From the NCBI GenBank assembly GCA_964635825.1, contig CAZWQJ010000001.1, positions 12,404 to 76,403 of the forward strand: DNA of 64,000 nucleotides, read 5' to 3'. The notes beneath the pieces were generated by a model, which was given only the letters and a program-made list of their open reading frames with translations, was not told where the DNA came from and did not search any database. The position numbers were made by a program, and so were the translations under genes. Source of the stretch: an uncultured Victivallales bacterium. GTDB lineage: Bacteria > Verrucomicrobiota > Kiritimatiellia > UBA8416 > JAIOPI01. Positions 20,601-29,324 of this stretch are shown here, piece by piece. How positions within the stretch are numbered: position 1 is the first letter of the stretch; every line of letters begins with the position of its first letter.

Positions 20601-20983
20601 GTCGTGCCATCCGGTTCCACCAACGCCAGGAACTCGCCGCCGGCGTCGAGCTTGAAGTTCGTGTGCAGCTCGCGACCGGACACGGCGCGGTTCTTGTTGG
20701 AGGCAAACACGATCACGAAGCCCCCACCGGCAAGCGGCGTATCCGGAAACCGCCACTTGGTCAGGTTCCCGCCGGCATCCGTCAGGTACCACCCTGCCAG
20801 ATTCACGGCGCCGGTGGAGGTGTTCTGAATCTCAATCCAATCGGAGTAGGCGCCGTCCTCATCCTGAAGCGTGCTCCCGTTGGACGCCATGAATTCGCTC
20901 AGGACCACCTGCGCCGGCGATGCCGGCCCCAGGCTCAGCGCCAGCGCGGCCGACAAAAGCCAGCGGTGATGTGCCATGCTCAT
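14630..20983 (-). CDS. Giant 2117-aa secreted protein with at least five lamin-tail domains (LTD), a CotH kinase-like domain, a LamG/ConA-like domain, Ca-binding Asp-rich repeats and a C-terminal FYR-type module.
   Basis: Signal peptide MSMAHHRWLLSAALALSLGPASPA. Five LTD signatures (VVLSEFMASNGS...WIEIQNTS...LAGWYLTD, VVLNEIIAHTDY...IEIYHAG, VVIDELMYHP...FVELLNP, LSISEVMYAPADGDSEFLELHNGG, IEFLPGNGAEDQQYVEVINT). CotH-like block HGHKNYYLYCDTDGGGIWTILPQDVDLTYGHVW. LamG-like region. DDGDGDGVPDNWE...DDWDGDGLANGAEY repeats. RFYRLEE...W tail. Confidence 0.8.
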   Translation of the reverse strand: MSMAHHRWLLSAALALSLGPASPAQVVLSEFMASNGSTLQDEDGAYSDWIEIQNTSTGAVNLAGWYLTDAGGNLTKWRFPDTPLAGGGFVIVFASNKNRAVSGRELHTNFKLDAGGEFLALVEPDGTTVATRYAPTYLPQAEDIAYGLVLNPVIEPVIAAGAAARYHSPADDALGTSWRLPEFDDSGWSAGATGLGFDSTTNAQPFIATDVSAQMAGPSLYLRQPFVLNAVSGVSALQVQARYNDGFVAWINGSEVARTNAPTTPAWDSYATAPHAATAWEIFPVANPSGPLVVGTNILAIQVLNVSPHSMDLLMAPVLAGDVGTNPPAFAPAYLTTPTPASINGGGLPVLGPGLRAVTDYAPAFVPGASLVVTARVEATLYPVSAVRLCSRRMFDGETILNLNDSGVDGDAAGGDGVYSGTLATTNVAAGQMLRWRFEAVDSHGQSTRLPAYLDPFDSPQYCGTVALDTAIVSRLPVVHWFIQSPSSADTALGTRCSVWFLDRFYDNVQVTQHGQSTLGFIKGSYNFDFNRGARFAYREGAKPAKDIDLLTNWADKSKCRNTLAYGFFADSGHPAHFGFPVRVQQNGAFFSVADMVEDADDVFLDRVGLDPDGALYKLYNGLTSAMVGVEKKTRRDEANSDLQALIAGLSNPAGAAAMRYAYDHTELPRTVHYLAMQAIVNNTDHGHKNYYLYCDTDGGGIWTILPQDVDLTYGHVWTGGYFDDTIYTASSIIYATANNPYYQVVYQHPELRAMVMRRVRTLVDEYLKPAGSPTNALYFEPRLAALAEQIDPDPGISDADLDRAKWGTWGNGDTMRQGVVRIVDQYLPGRRNYLGTTLSVANGGEIPDSQPPDARLRFGAIEFLPGNGAEDQQYVEVINTNAYDLDISGWTLGGGVSHTFYAGTVLAPGQSLFVSPSVREFRRRAVSPTTNENRYVQGNFKGRLSPRGEALELRNRAGVVVDAVTYVGYTNAYGGALSISEVMYAPADGDSEFLELHNGGASAASLSGLLLMGGISFDFRESATPVLPPDGYAVLVRSLSAFTNRYGGAAALVAGVYTGALANAGDSLTLVSRGDEAVVADCTYGDGRGWPASVDGAGHSLVPLAMTHQDDGRLDYGGNWRASAFRGGSPGQPDPPPPRDVVLNEIIAHTDYTNAGHPEYDSNDQIEIYHAGGAPVSLEHWYLSDSASNLKKWALPAAPALNGGEWRVFDEVSGFHAPITAGFGLNKGGESLYLSHLPGTAADRVADSVRYKAQENECSLGRHGDGGAWWYAQLRTPGGANGLPLQDVVIDELMYHPAPTVSKPDDNTRDEFVELLNPRTNAVILMGEAGPWRLDGAVTFTFPSNLVMAAAERLVLVGFDPAADAAACGAFLQQHGLTNGQIRLLGPWQGQLGNHGERVALERPLLPDVENEAVSWVIVDEVLYFDRDPWPAEADGTGMSLQRQWAGQSGNDPANWLAALFPTPGLPGAKVALSEPRAGAVYFVPSEVILRARLDESQVAGPVEQVAFLDGSNLLGTATSAPYTCSVALTAPARLALRAELRDASGVATSGVVRIDAMAVDNLPVEEFSADAATLRGTLLGAGVADVGLCWGEADGGTNAERWAHVETCGTQSGGVFSARVGPLNPNWTYWYRAFARRGTPMAWAPATGSFRTSAYTNWTRQVSICLPGFTEADDLAGFPVLVSVSTNMAGFSYADVGGSWASLRFLDDAGRLLVYEPQRWDTNGFSQFWVRLALLTNGACLRAIWGNPAATSPPPYTTDGSVWRDDFVGVWHLEPDLVDASGYYGAVANAGAVAAAGLVAGGLQFADTNAVVDPHVPLAWYVGARNHFTLSFWANVAAETYGGTPFGAQSTGMNFYVSMNINPRVAKWQANLGTADWAIDPYRTNGWQLVTVVLSNGVAYGSVDNGPRRRLGDVPDFRPALAPVLGRRQGGGSPFSGRLDELRLSAVVRPAAWSRAEYAMLMNAATFSQYGTVADWVPALDDGDGDGVPDNWERAYFGSTNAPAGDPNDDWDGDGLANGAEYTAGTDPTNGADFLRLDLVWSNEQAWIRLPTRIATATYHAGRSRFYRLEETTNLLTGGWGGLPGLTNVPASGFPLLLVTNGPGPRAFRGSARLQ

Positions 20984-21077
20984 GCCGCGTTCCCCACCCT
21001 TCTGCTATTGTAGCAAGCGGACGGAGAAGATGCCACGCCGGCACGGCGCGCACGCCGTTCGCACTCGGACACGGCGG

Positions 21078-22592
21078 TTACGCCGTCAGGCCGCTGCGCA
21101 GGGCGTGGTAGACTTCGTTGTTGCGAAGGTTCTGCTGAAACTCGCGCAGGGTGGTTCTTTTGTCGATGATCGCCAGCTCGATGTCGGCCATGCCGGCGAA
21201 GTCCTCGATCATCTCGGTGGTCACGGCCTGGCTGAAGCCGGTGTGATGCGCCCCGCCCGCATGGATCCAGGCCGCACAGGCATCCTCGAAATTCGGCCGG
21301 CACTGCCAGACCGCCCGCGCCACCGGCAGCTTCGGCATCGCCTGCTCCGGCGCCACGCAGTCTACTTCGTTCACCAGCAGGCGGAACCGGTTGCCGAGAT
21401 CGATCAACGACGCGTTCAGCGCGGCGCCCGCCGGCGTGCCGAACACCAGCCGCGCCGGATCGGCCTTGCCACCGATCCCCAACGGGTGCACCTGCAGCGA
21501 CGCCCGGCCGTCGGCGATGGACGGACAGATCTCCAGCATGTGCGAGCCAAGAACACATGGCCCGGCGGGGTTCAAGTGGTACGTGTAGTCCTCCATGAAC
21601 GATGTGCCGCCCGCCAGTCCGCTGGCCATGACCTTCAATGCCCGCACCAGCGCCGCCGTCTTCCAATCGCCCTCGGCCGCAAAGCCGTAGCCATCCGCCA
21701 TCAAGCGCTGCGGGGCCAGCCCGGGCAACTGCACCAGGCCATGCAGGTCCTCGAAGGTGGTCGTGAAGCCCTTGAACCCACCATCGGACAGGAACGCCCG
21801 CATCCCCAGCTCGATTCGCGCCGTTTCGCGGACGGACTTGTGGCGCTTGCCGCCCCGGCGCAGGTCGGCGGCAACGTCGTAGACGGCCTCGTACGTGTCG
21901 CACAGCGCGCCGATCTCCTTGTCCGACACCGCCCGGACTCGGTTCGCGAGGTCGCCGACCCCGTAGCCGTTGACGGAGAACCCGAACTTGATCTGCGCGG
22001 CCACCTTGTCGCCTTCGGTCACCGCCACGTCCCGCATGTTGTCGCCAAAGCGGCAGAACTTCGCGCCCTGCCAATCCGCCCACGCGGCCGCGGCCCGCGC
22101 CCACGCCCCCAGCTTCGCCTGCACCGCCTCGTCCTGCCAGAACCCGACCACAACCTTACGGTTCTTGCGCAGGCGGGACCAGATGAAGCCGTGCTCGCGG
22201 TCGCCGTGCGCGGCCTGGTTCATGTTCATGAAGTCCATGTCGATGGTGGACCAGGGGATGTCGCGGTTGTACTGCGTGTGCAGGTGGGCAACGGGCTTGC
22301 GCAGTTGCTTCAGCCCGTTGATCCACATCTTCGAGGGCGAGAAGGTGTGGCACCAGGTGATCAGGCCGACACAGCGGGGCGCGTTGTTGGCCGCCATGCA
22401 CAGCGCCGTGATGGCGTCGGGCGAGACAAGCACGGGCTTGAACACGACCTTCACCGGCATCGCCGGGGCCCCGTTGAGCGTCCGCGCGATTTCCTGCGAG
22501 TGCCGGGCCACCGCCTTGAGCGTCTCCGGGCCATACAGATGCTGGCTGCCGGTGACGAACCAGACTTCATTCGACTTCAGATTGATCTTCAT
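21078..22592 (-). CDS. araA: L-arabinose isomerase.
   Basis: 505 aa. Near-colinear with E. coli AraA: [25 protein letters not shown]..., [62 protein letters not shown]. The listed 646-aa ORF is an upstream extension; the real start is MKINLK at 22592. Confidence 0.95.
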   Translation of the reverse strand: MKINLKSNEVWFVTGSQHLYGPETLKAVARHSQEIARTLNGAPAMPVKVVFKPVLVSPDAITALCMAANNAPRCVGLITWCHTFSPSKMWINGLKQLRKPVAHLHTQYNRDIPWSTIDMDFMNMNQAAHGDREHGFIWSRLRKNRKVVVGFWQDEAVQAKLGAWARAAAAWADWQGAKFCRFGDNMRDVAVTEGDKVAAQIKFGFSVNGYGVGDLANRVRAVSDKEIGALCDTYEAVYDVAADLRRGGKRHKSVRETARIELGMRAFLSDGGFKGFTTTFEDLHGLVQLPGLAPQRLMADGYGFAAEGDWKTAALVRALKVMASGLAGGTSFMEDYTYHLNPAGPCVLGSHMLEICPSIADGRASLQVHPLGIGGKADPARLVFGTPAGAALNASLIDLGNRFRLLVNEVDCVAPEQAMPKLPVARAVWQCRPNFEDACAAWIHAGGAHHTGFSQAVTTEMIEDFAGMADIELAIIDKRTTLREFQQNLRNNEVYHALRSGLTA

Positions 22593-22596
22593 GGCG

Positions 22597-23901
22597 TTAG
22601 TCCCCTGGTTGTGGCGATGGCCGCAGATAGTACTGATTTCCCCAGCAAAAGTCTTCCTTGAGCAGAAACCCGTATCCGCCGTGGAAGTGTCCGCCTCCAT
22701 CGAGATACTGCCCCACGGCCTTTTGCAGAGAGGTTCGGCGCGGCACATCGCGGATGTCGGTGACGCCCCAGCCGAAGACGCGCGCGTAGATCTGCTGGTT
22801 GTCGCCCTGAAGTCCCGGGTACAGATACAGCTCGCGCTGCAGACGAACAATGTTGGACTCCGGCGCCAGCATCGTCTGGAGGCGCGAGTCCAGGAGCCAC
22901 GATGCCGTCCAGAAACCGCGGAAGCGGAGGTCCGGGAAGTACCGCGGGAACACCTCCAGCGCGCGGCGGAACGAGTCCCCGCAATCCTCGAACGCCAGGC
23001 GCCCGCCCGCCGAGACATGGAAGGTCAGCATGGGGTCGTCGGGTGCCAATGCCGGCTCCCACTCGTCGAGCGCGAGCGACCGCCGCCGCCGGCTCGCCAG
23101 CCCCGTGGCGTGCACCGGATGGCCGACGACGGCGCGATCCGTCATGTCCAGTGTGCTGGTCCACGCTCCATCCGGGTTGCCGCACCGCTCGCACCAGGCA
23201 TGGCCATCGGAGCCATACCGGATGCCCGCTTCCGCAAGTGCCAGCACCTCGCGCCGCTCCTTGTGGCGGTAGGCGCGCAGCCGCCCGGGGAACGTGCTGG
23301 CGCTGAACTGCAGCCGGCCGAGTTGCAGCAGCTTCCCCTGCCAGTGCTTGCACAACCAGCGCGCAATCCACGGCGTGATGCCCCAGCGCTGAAAACGGTT
23401 GTAGTAGAGATCCGTCTCCATCCACAGCCGCAGATCCGAAACCGTGTCGCGGACGATGTCGGCGGGAATGCCGAGGCGGCGGTATGTCGCCTTCATTTCC
23501 GGCACGACGGCGAGCATGACGAGGACGTTGAGCAGCCCCGCCTCCGGCCCCAGGTAGTCATCCAGCGGCGGCCACTGTTCCTCCCACGACTGGACCAGCG
23601 TGGGGTCGTGCAGCATCCGATGCCGGCAGTACCAGAAGAAGGCGACCAGCTCCGCGTCCGCCGCCACACGACCGGCGAACGCGACCAGTTCCTGAATCAT
23701 AGGTTCGGTCAGGAACACATCCTGTCCGGCTTGCGACACGTAAGCCGGCGCAAGAAAGGCCAACCCCTGTGCGGGAGGATCGTCCATGGCCGCGTCCCAG
23801 GCCGTACAAAGCGCCCTGCCGGCATCGGAAATCCGCAGCTTGCCCGCGACCTGCTCCAGATCAGTGAAGCAGCAGTCCTTCGCATCCACGATCGCGTCCA
23901 T
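22597..23901 (-). CDS. Conserved hypothetical cytoplasmic protein (434 aa, function unknown). Its stop is 4 nt upstream of araA.
   Basis: Long ORF with non-repetitive composition. It lies immediately downstream of one copy of the conserved upstream element (23962-23978). No catalytic motif recognised by eye. Confidence 0.6.
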   Translation of the reverse strand: MDAIVDAKDCCFTDLEQVAGKLRISDAGRALCTAWDAAMDDPPAQGLAFLAPAYVSQAGQDVFLTEPMIQELVAFAGRVAADAELVAFFWYCRHRMLHDPTLVQSWEEQWPPLDDYLGPEAGLLNVLVMLAVVPEMKATYRRLGIPADIVRDTVSDLRLWMETDLYYNRFQRWGITPWIARWLCKHWQGKLLQLGRLQFSASTFPGRLRAYRHKERREVLALAEAGIRYGSDGHAWCERCGNPDGAWTSTLDMTDRAVVGHPVHATGLASRRRRSLALDEWEPALAPDDPMLTFHVSAGGRLAFEDCGDSFRRALEVFPRYFPDLRFRGFWTASWLLDSRLQTMLAPESNIVRLQRELYLYPGLQGDNQQIYARVFGWGVTDIRDVPRRTSLQKAVGQYLDGGGHFHGGYGFLLKEDFCWGNQYYLRPSPQPGD

Positions 23902-23961
23902 GAATCTCCACGTCGGGGTTCAGCGTGTGTCACGGCGAATCGTAGTGCCCGCCACCGCCAA

Positions 23962-23978
23962 TGGCAACGCGATCACAT
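23962..23978 (-). promoter_or_regulatory. Conserved upstream element, copy 5 (most degenerate): GATCACATTGATATCAT.
   Basis: Lies 61-77 nt upstream of the start (23901) of the hypothetical-araA operon, in the region divergent from the RAYT gene. Confidence 0.45.
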
Positions 23979-24203
23979 TGATATCATTCCCATCCGGACA
24001 CCAACTTACCGGCCACATACAGTCGCCCATCCATGCACCCCGCGCGACCCGAATTGCGTGCGCCATGGACGGTCAAGATGCATCTGTTATGCTTGCGCAA
24101 CGTTCTTGACAGATCACCGGTGGAAGAATCAGCAGACGTTGGCCAAGGTCAAGGGGATCGTTCTGGTGAGCCACGCGCAAGTTGCGGAAGCCGAGGTGGG
24201 CCC

Positions 24204-25187
24204 ATGAATGCACCATCCTCCATATCCTTGGCGCCACGGCATGCCGCGGCGCCACTGAAAGCACGCAAACACTTGCGCATGCAGGGCTGGGATTTCACCA
24301 GCCCCGGCTGGTATTTCCTCACCATCTGCACCAAGAGCATGCGCTCCGAGTTCGGCACTGTTGTAAACGGCCGCATGACCCTGAACGACGCCGGCCGCCT
24401 TGCCGACCAGTTCTGGCGCGAGATCCATGAGCACTTCCCGCGCGCCGTCGTGGACGAACACGTCGTAATGCCCAACCATGTGCATGGCTTGCTGCACCTC
24501 ACGCCAGACGGCTGGACCATCAATGGCCTCACGGCACGCCGTGAAGCGTTCGGCAGACCGGTCGCCGGCTCCGTGCCCACCATCGTGCGCTCGTACAAAG
24601 GCGCCGTCACGCGTGCGCTGGGCTGCAACCCCTGGCATCGCCGATTCTACGAGGTCCGGGCGCGCGACGAGCGGGCGCGGTTCAACATCCGCAACTACAT
24701 CCGCCGCAACCCTGAGAATTTCGATGCCGTCATGAATGGAGGCGAACCGCAATGCCTGGGCAACAAGGCGTTGTTGAACATGCCCAAGGTCGGGTTCCTG
24801 GCCTCGCGCGGGCAGGCAAGTCTGCATGGCAACCTGCCAATCAAACCCGGCGAGGCCATTGTTTCGGGCTTTCTCTCGCCTATGGAGCGCGCCGTATTCC
24901 GGGCCGGGCTGGCCCACAAACGCCCCATGATTTGGATCTTGCCGGCAGGGCTCGACGCCATCCATGGCAGCACGGCATGCCGTGCTGCTATCGAGGAGGG
25001 CTGGTTGCTTGTGCTCTCACCCTTCGACATTGCCCTCGAAGCCCCCAACGCTCGCCGCGCGGTGTGGTGCAACCAGTACGTGCTCGCTCACTGCAACCGC
25101 GCGGTGGTGGGCCACCTCAACCCCGACGGCATGCTCGCCTGCATCCTCCACGAGGCCGACCCCAACACAGAGGTCACCCACCTATGA
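24204..25187 (+). CDS. REP-associated tyrosine transposase-like HuH (Y1) domain fused to a C-terminal DprA/SMF-like Rossmann (SLOG) domain.
   Basis: N-terminal half shows RAYT/IS200-like blocks: GWDFTSPGWYFLTICT, HuH motif MPNHVHGLLHL, SYKGAVTRALG, WHRRFYEVRARDE...NYIRRNPENF. C-terminal ~150 aa align to the DprA Rossmann core: VGFLASRGQASLHG (~vGsRkaSxyG), EAIVSGFLSPMERAVFRAGLA...IWILPAGLDAIHG (~vvSGlAxGIDaaAHxgAL...tiAVLGtGLDviYP), then ...NARRAVWCNQYVL...VVGHLNPDGMLACILHEA. SD-like GAGGTGGG lies upstream of the ATG at 24204. It is the only complete + strand gene. Confidence 0.75.
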   Translation: MNAPSSISLAPRHAAAPLKARKHLRMQGWDFTSPGWYFLTICTKSMRSEFGTVVNGRMTLNDAGRLADQFWREIHEHFPRAVVDEHVVMPNHVHGLLHLTPDGWTINGLTARREAFGRPVAGSVPTIVRSYKGAVTRALGCNPWHRRFYEVRARDERARFNIRNYIRRNPENFDAVMNGGEPQCLGNKALLNMPKVGFLASRGQASLHGNLPIKPGEAIVSGFLSPMERAVFRAGLAHKRPMIWILPAGLDAIHGSTACRAAIEEGWLLVLSPFDIALEAPNARRAVWCNQYVLAHCNRAVVGHLNPDGMLACILHEADPNTEVTHL

Positions 25188-25283
25188 CCGCCATATCCAA
25201 AGCAGCAAGACCGGCATCGCACCGGAAGCGTTCCTGACCGACCTGCTTGAACTGCTCATCTTCGTGACAGAAAGACAATGCCC

Positions 25284-28200
25284 TCAGCGCACGCTCATCA
25301 GCAGGCCCGTGTTGGGCAGGAAGGTTGTCAGCGCGGTCAACGTAATGGATGCCGGCCCGTAGTCGATCGCGAAGGCGTAGCCATCGGCCGTGAACACGGC
25401 CCCATCGGGCAGATTACGAAACCGGGTGCCACTGATGGGGCCTGACACAATGGTGTAGAGCTGCCCGTGCCGCATCTCCGTCCCCCGCCGCACATGCACG
25501 GCGAGCGCCACCGCGTCCTGGCCAAACGCAAACGCATTTCCGCCGAGGACGCGCAACTGGTCATGCCCCAGCATCGCGGCGCCCGCCGTCGGGCCCCGAA
25601 TGTCCACGTCCAGAACGGAGTTGGTCTCCATGGTGACGTGGTTGGAGACGGTGAACCGGCCCGTTGCGCTTGCGCCGCCGGGCGCCAGGGTGCCGCCACC
25701 GTACACGATCACGGGGCGGGCCACCGTCCCCGAGCCACCCAGCGTGGCGCCATGGCCAACCGAGAAAGTTCCCTCCGCTGCCTCATGCATGCCGTCGACC
25801 AACAGGGTGCCCCCGGACACGGTCGTGTCGCCACGATGCGCGCTGGCGCCCACCAGTGTCTGCGTGCCCGTGCCAACCTTGATGACCACCAGGTCCTGCC
25901 CCGAATTCAGCAACGCCCCGGAAAACGACCCGCTCCCGCCGCCGGCTCCCAGTGTCAGAACGGGCACCCAGCCATCCGCGTCGAGCGTACCTGCCCCCGT
26001 GAGAGCACCCACGGTAAGCGCGTTCGGCGCCACGGACAGGGCCGGCATCGTGACCGTCGCACCGGCCGCAATGTGGAGCACGGCCTTGTTGGCGCTCCAG
26101 TCGGGCGTCGCCGCCGCATCGCCAGCGGTCGCCGCAAAGGTCCCTGCCAGGACCTCCATCCGGCCACCATCCATGGCGAACGTGAGTTGGGCGTGGTCGT
26201 TCCCCGCGTCGAACCTGCCACCGCCGGATTTCACCAGGGTCCCGCGGCCGCTCAGCACCGCGCTCCGCTCCGGGGTGTAGTTCCGCGTGGCGCTGCGAAA
26301 CTCCATCACGGCATTGCTGCCGATGACGAAGCCTCCGGCGGGCATCCACGCATCGGGGCTCTCTAACAGCAGGAGCCCGTCCAGGATTCGCCCGGTTCCG
26401 GAAAGGGTGTTGGCTCCGGAAAGCGTGAGCGTGCCTCCCCCGGTCTTCGTGAATCCGTTGGCGCCGGCCAGCGCGGACGCGATGGTGGCATCGTGCCTCG
26501 CAACAACGCTCGGGGACGTGCCGGCGAGAGCGATGGTGCCGCCCGCCAGCGTGTAGGCGCCCTCACGGGGCGGCTCGAACACGATGCCGCTCGCGATCAC
26601 GGAGTCAACGTGGACCGTGGCGGCCGCTCCGCTGCCCGCGCCAAAGACCGCCACGTTGTTGGTGGTGTTCGGCCAGGCGATGTCCGTCGTGTCCGTCCAG
26701 AAGTTCCGGTTGGTTCTATTCCACCCGGCCCCCGCGCCATCCTGCGGTCCGGCCGCGTTCGTGTCGGCATCATAGTGCAACGTCACGGCATCCCACGGAG
26801 GCACGGCGGTGGCCATGAAGAGGACCGGGCTGCCGGTCAACCCGGCTGCCGCCGCCGATACCGTGTAGGCGCCGAGGCCGTCTCCGAGTGTCGGGATGCT
26901 TGAGGCATGGCCGTCTTCGCTGGTCACGGTATTGGTCACGCTGAGCGCCTGCCCCGTCGCACCAACCGGCGTGGTGACAAACACGAAATCCACAGAAACT
27001 CCGGGCACGCCGTTCGCGTAGGCATCCAGGGCCGCCACGACAAGTGGGCCGGGCAGCGCCGTCTCCGGAGTTCCGAATTGGCGATCGCCGGCCGTGGCCG
27101 CCAGGGCGATGGCGGCCGCCGGGACAATCACCACCCGCTGCGTCGCGTCCGCCACGAAGGCGGCGTGTGCCCGCAGAGTCGCCGCACCAGCCCGGGTGTC
27201 CGTATAGGTGAACCGGGCGACACTCTCGCCAAGCGGGATACGGACGAATGCCGGGTCAAAGACCATCGTTCCGCTCGAATCGCTGGACAAGCCCACGACG
27301 AGGTCGGGATCTGACGTGACCGGCATGCCACGCTCGTCCTGGCGTTGCACCGTGATCATGGCGGAGACCACGCCGGCGGTCGCAACCGCCGGAGCGGTCG
27401 TGAACGCGAGAGACTTCGCGGTCAGGCCCGAAACCGTGTAGACCACATCGATCGACTGCACGCCGTAGACGATGGTTGGCGCCCCATGGATGTTCGCGTC
27501 CACGGCACCCACCTTCAGGCCGCCGGCAATCCCGTGGCTCGCAGGCGTCAGGCCCGCATCGGCGTAGAAGCGAAACATGCGGCCCGTGTAGGTGCCCGTC
27601 ACCGGAGTCCCGGCCAGCGCGAGGTCCACCGCGTTGTCGTTCAGCGCCAGATCGCCCGAGGCGTAGTTCCAGAAGTCCACGCTTGTCGGGGCTCCCCCGC
27701 CGGCATCCAGTGTAAAGCGGAACGCCGCTCCTTCCTCCATCGTCACGTACGGTTCGCCCAAGGCGCCGCCGTCGAGTTTCAGCGAGGTGCCGGGGCCGTC
27801 GCCGGGCGCGATCATGCCGCCGGCGTGTACGGTGAGCGGCCCCGCAATCCGGATCCGCCCGCTGCCGCCCAGGACACCGCTGCGCCTGATGTGGTAGGGC
27901 CCCCAGATGCTGGTGGAGACATGCGCCCCGTTCACCAGCAGCGTCCCCGCATTGACCGTCGTTGGGCCACCCCACGTGCCGGTCGCGCCGGAAAGCGTCA
28001 GCACCCCCAATCCGCTCTTGGTCAGGGCGGTGGATGACCAGTCCAGCAGGGGCGTCTCAATCCGAAGCACGTCGTCCGGGTGGTCGCAACGGATGACGAA
28101 GTCCCCGCTGCCCCCCCATGTGCCCTCCAGCCCCGTTCCGCCACGGATCACAGCGACGCCGCCTCCCGTCTTCAGGATCGCCCCCGTGTTTACGCCGCCG

Positions 28201-29306
28201 TCCTTGTTGCAGCGCAGTGTGTGACCATCGGCGATCGTCACCATGTTCGTGGCCCCCAGGCGCAAGGACGCGATCTTCTCGGTGGTGGCGCCCGTGACGC
28301 AGCCCGAGATCCCCAGATCCACATCCTTGCCGACGGCGCCCGCGGACGCGAAGCTCGCGACGCTGTTGGTGATGCCGATGGCATTGGCATCGGCGGCGTA
28401 GTTGAGTTCCCGCACATAGCCATTGGTGTCGTACGCGGCGAAGGACGCGCCGTTGAAGAACGTGTACTGGTCGAGGCGCCGCGCGGTGGCCGGCCGGGCC
28501 GTAAAGGAAATCGCGGCGTCCGTTCCGTTGGTCCCCGGCGCCCCGCTGATCGCGTAGTTCACCGTCGTGTAGCGAGCCGGCGCGCGGGAGGCGAAGCTCA
28601 GACGCGCGGCGTGCGGCGCCGTCCGCGCGAGTTCCACAGTTCCCTCGCCCGCGGTCGACGTCAGCGCCCCCAGCGATAGCGCCCTGACGCCCGCCGCGGT
28701 CGTGTTGCCGTAGCGGAACGTCGCGGTCTCGCCGAAGGTCAAGGCGGAGTTCGTATGCAGGGCGCCGCCCGCTCCCGCATCCACTTCAACCGTCCCGCCA
28801 CACAGCTCAAGGGTGCCCTCATCGCCGTTCGCGCCACGAAGGGCGAGCATCCCCGCCCCGGCCTTGGTCAGGCCGAAGCCCGGCCCGACGATCGCGCCCC
28901 CCAGCGTGAGGGCGCCGCCGTCAACCGTGATCGTCCGGCCGGCTGACAGCACCACGTCGGCATTCACCACGACGGAGGCAACCCCCGTGCCGACGGCGAT
29001 GTTCCCGCCCAGGGTCATGCCGTTTCCGCCGATGACAAACGCGCCCGCCGCGTCGCCAAAGGTCAGGCCTGAGAATTCCGTGGCCGCGGCGAGATCGTTG
29101 TAGAGATGAACGCCGCTGCCGCCCGCCGCCCCGAAGAACAGCGCGTCATTCGCGACCGGCGCGCCCACCGGCGACCAGTTCGCGCCCGTGCTCCAGTTGG
29201 TGTCCGTGTTGCCGACCCAGAGCTTGTCGGCCGCCATCGCCGATCCACGCATCCAGACGGTGCCGACAAACACCACACGAAACACGAAACGGCGCGTGTC
29301 TTTCAT
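25284..29306 (-). CDS. 1340-aa secreted PATR (autotransporter-associated beta-strand repeat) surface protein with a C-terminal GLLMSVR module.
   Basis: Signal peptide MKDTRRFVFRVVFVGTVWMRGSAMA. N-terminal W-x-G...NW...A motif typical of PATR proteins. Many repeats of G.G.L.K.G.GTLTLSG.N. Ends ...ADGYAFAIDYGPASITLTALTTFLPNTGLLMSVR. Confidence 0.8.
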   Translation of the reverse strand: MKDTRRFVFRVVFVGTVWMRGSAMAADKLWVGNTDTNWSTGANWSPVGAPVANDALFFGAAGGSGVHLYNDLAAATEFSGLTFGDAAGAFVIGGNGMTLGGNIAVGTGVASVVVNADVVLSAGRTITVDGGALTLGGAIVGPGFGLTKAGAGMLALRGANGDEGTLELCGGTVEVDAGAGGALHTNSALTFGETATFRYGNTTAAGVRALSLGALTSTAGEGTVELARTAPHAARLSFASRAPARYTTVNYAISGAPGTNGTDAAISFTARPATARRLDQYTFFNGASFAAYDTNGYVRELNYAADANAIGITNSVASFASAGAVGKDVDLGISGCVTGATTEKIASLRLGATNMVTIADGHTLRCNKDGGVNTGAILKTGGGVAVIRGGTGLEGTWGGSGDFVIRCDHPDDVLRIETPLLDWSSTALTKSGLGVLTLSGATGTWGGPTTVNAGTLLVNGAHVSTSIWGPYHIRRSGVLGGSGRIRIAGPLTVHAGGMIAPGDGPGTSLKLDGGALGEPYVTMEEGAAFRFTLDAGGGAPTSVDFWNYASGDLALNDNAVDLALAGTPVTGTYTGRMFRFYADAGLTPASHGIAGGLKVGAVDANIHGAPTIVYGVQSIDVVYTVSGLTAKSLAFTTAPAVATAGVVSAMITVQRQDERGMPVTSDPDLVVGLSSDSSGTMVFDPAFVRIPLGESVARFTYTDTRAGAATLRAHAAFVADATQRVVIVPAAAIALAATAGDRQFGTPETALPGPLVVAALDAYANGVPGVSVDFVFVTTPVGATGQALSVTNTVTSEDGHASSIPTLGDGLGAYTVSAAAAGLTGSPVLFMATAVPPWDAVTLHYDADTNAAGPQDGAGAGWNRTNRNFWTDTTDIAWPNTTNNVAVFGAGSGAAATVHVDSVIASGIVFEPPREGAYTLAGGTIALAGTSPSVVARHDATIASALAGANGFTKTGGGTLTLSGANTLSGTGRILDGLLLLESPDAWMPAGGFVIGSNAVMEFRSATRNYTPERSAVLSGRGTLVKSGGGRFDAGNDHAQLTFAMDGGRMEVLAGTFAATAGDAAATPDWSANKAVLHIAAGATVTMPALSVAPNALTVGALTGAGTLDADGWVPVLTLGAGGGSGSFSGALLNSGQDLVVIKVGTGTQTLVGASAHRGDTTVSGGTLLVDGMHEAAEGTFSVGHGATLGGSGTVARPVIVYGGGTLAPGGASATGRFTVSNHVTMETNSVLDVDIRGPTAGAAMLGHDQLRVLGGNAFAFGQDAVALAVHVRRGTEMRHGQLYTIVSGPISGTRFRNLPDGAVFTADGYAFAIDYGPASITLTALTTFLPNTGLLMSVR

Positions 29307-29324
29307 GACGGCCAGCCTCGCTCT

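Noticed and set aside
21078-23018. 646-aa ORF version of araA.
   Set aside because: The first 142 codons have no similarity to AraA and overlap the upstream gene. Canonical AraA N-terminus [21 protein letters not shown] starts at 22592.
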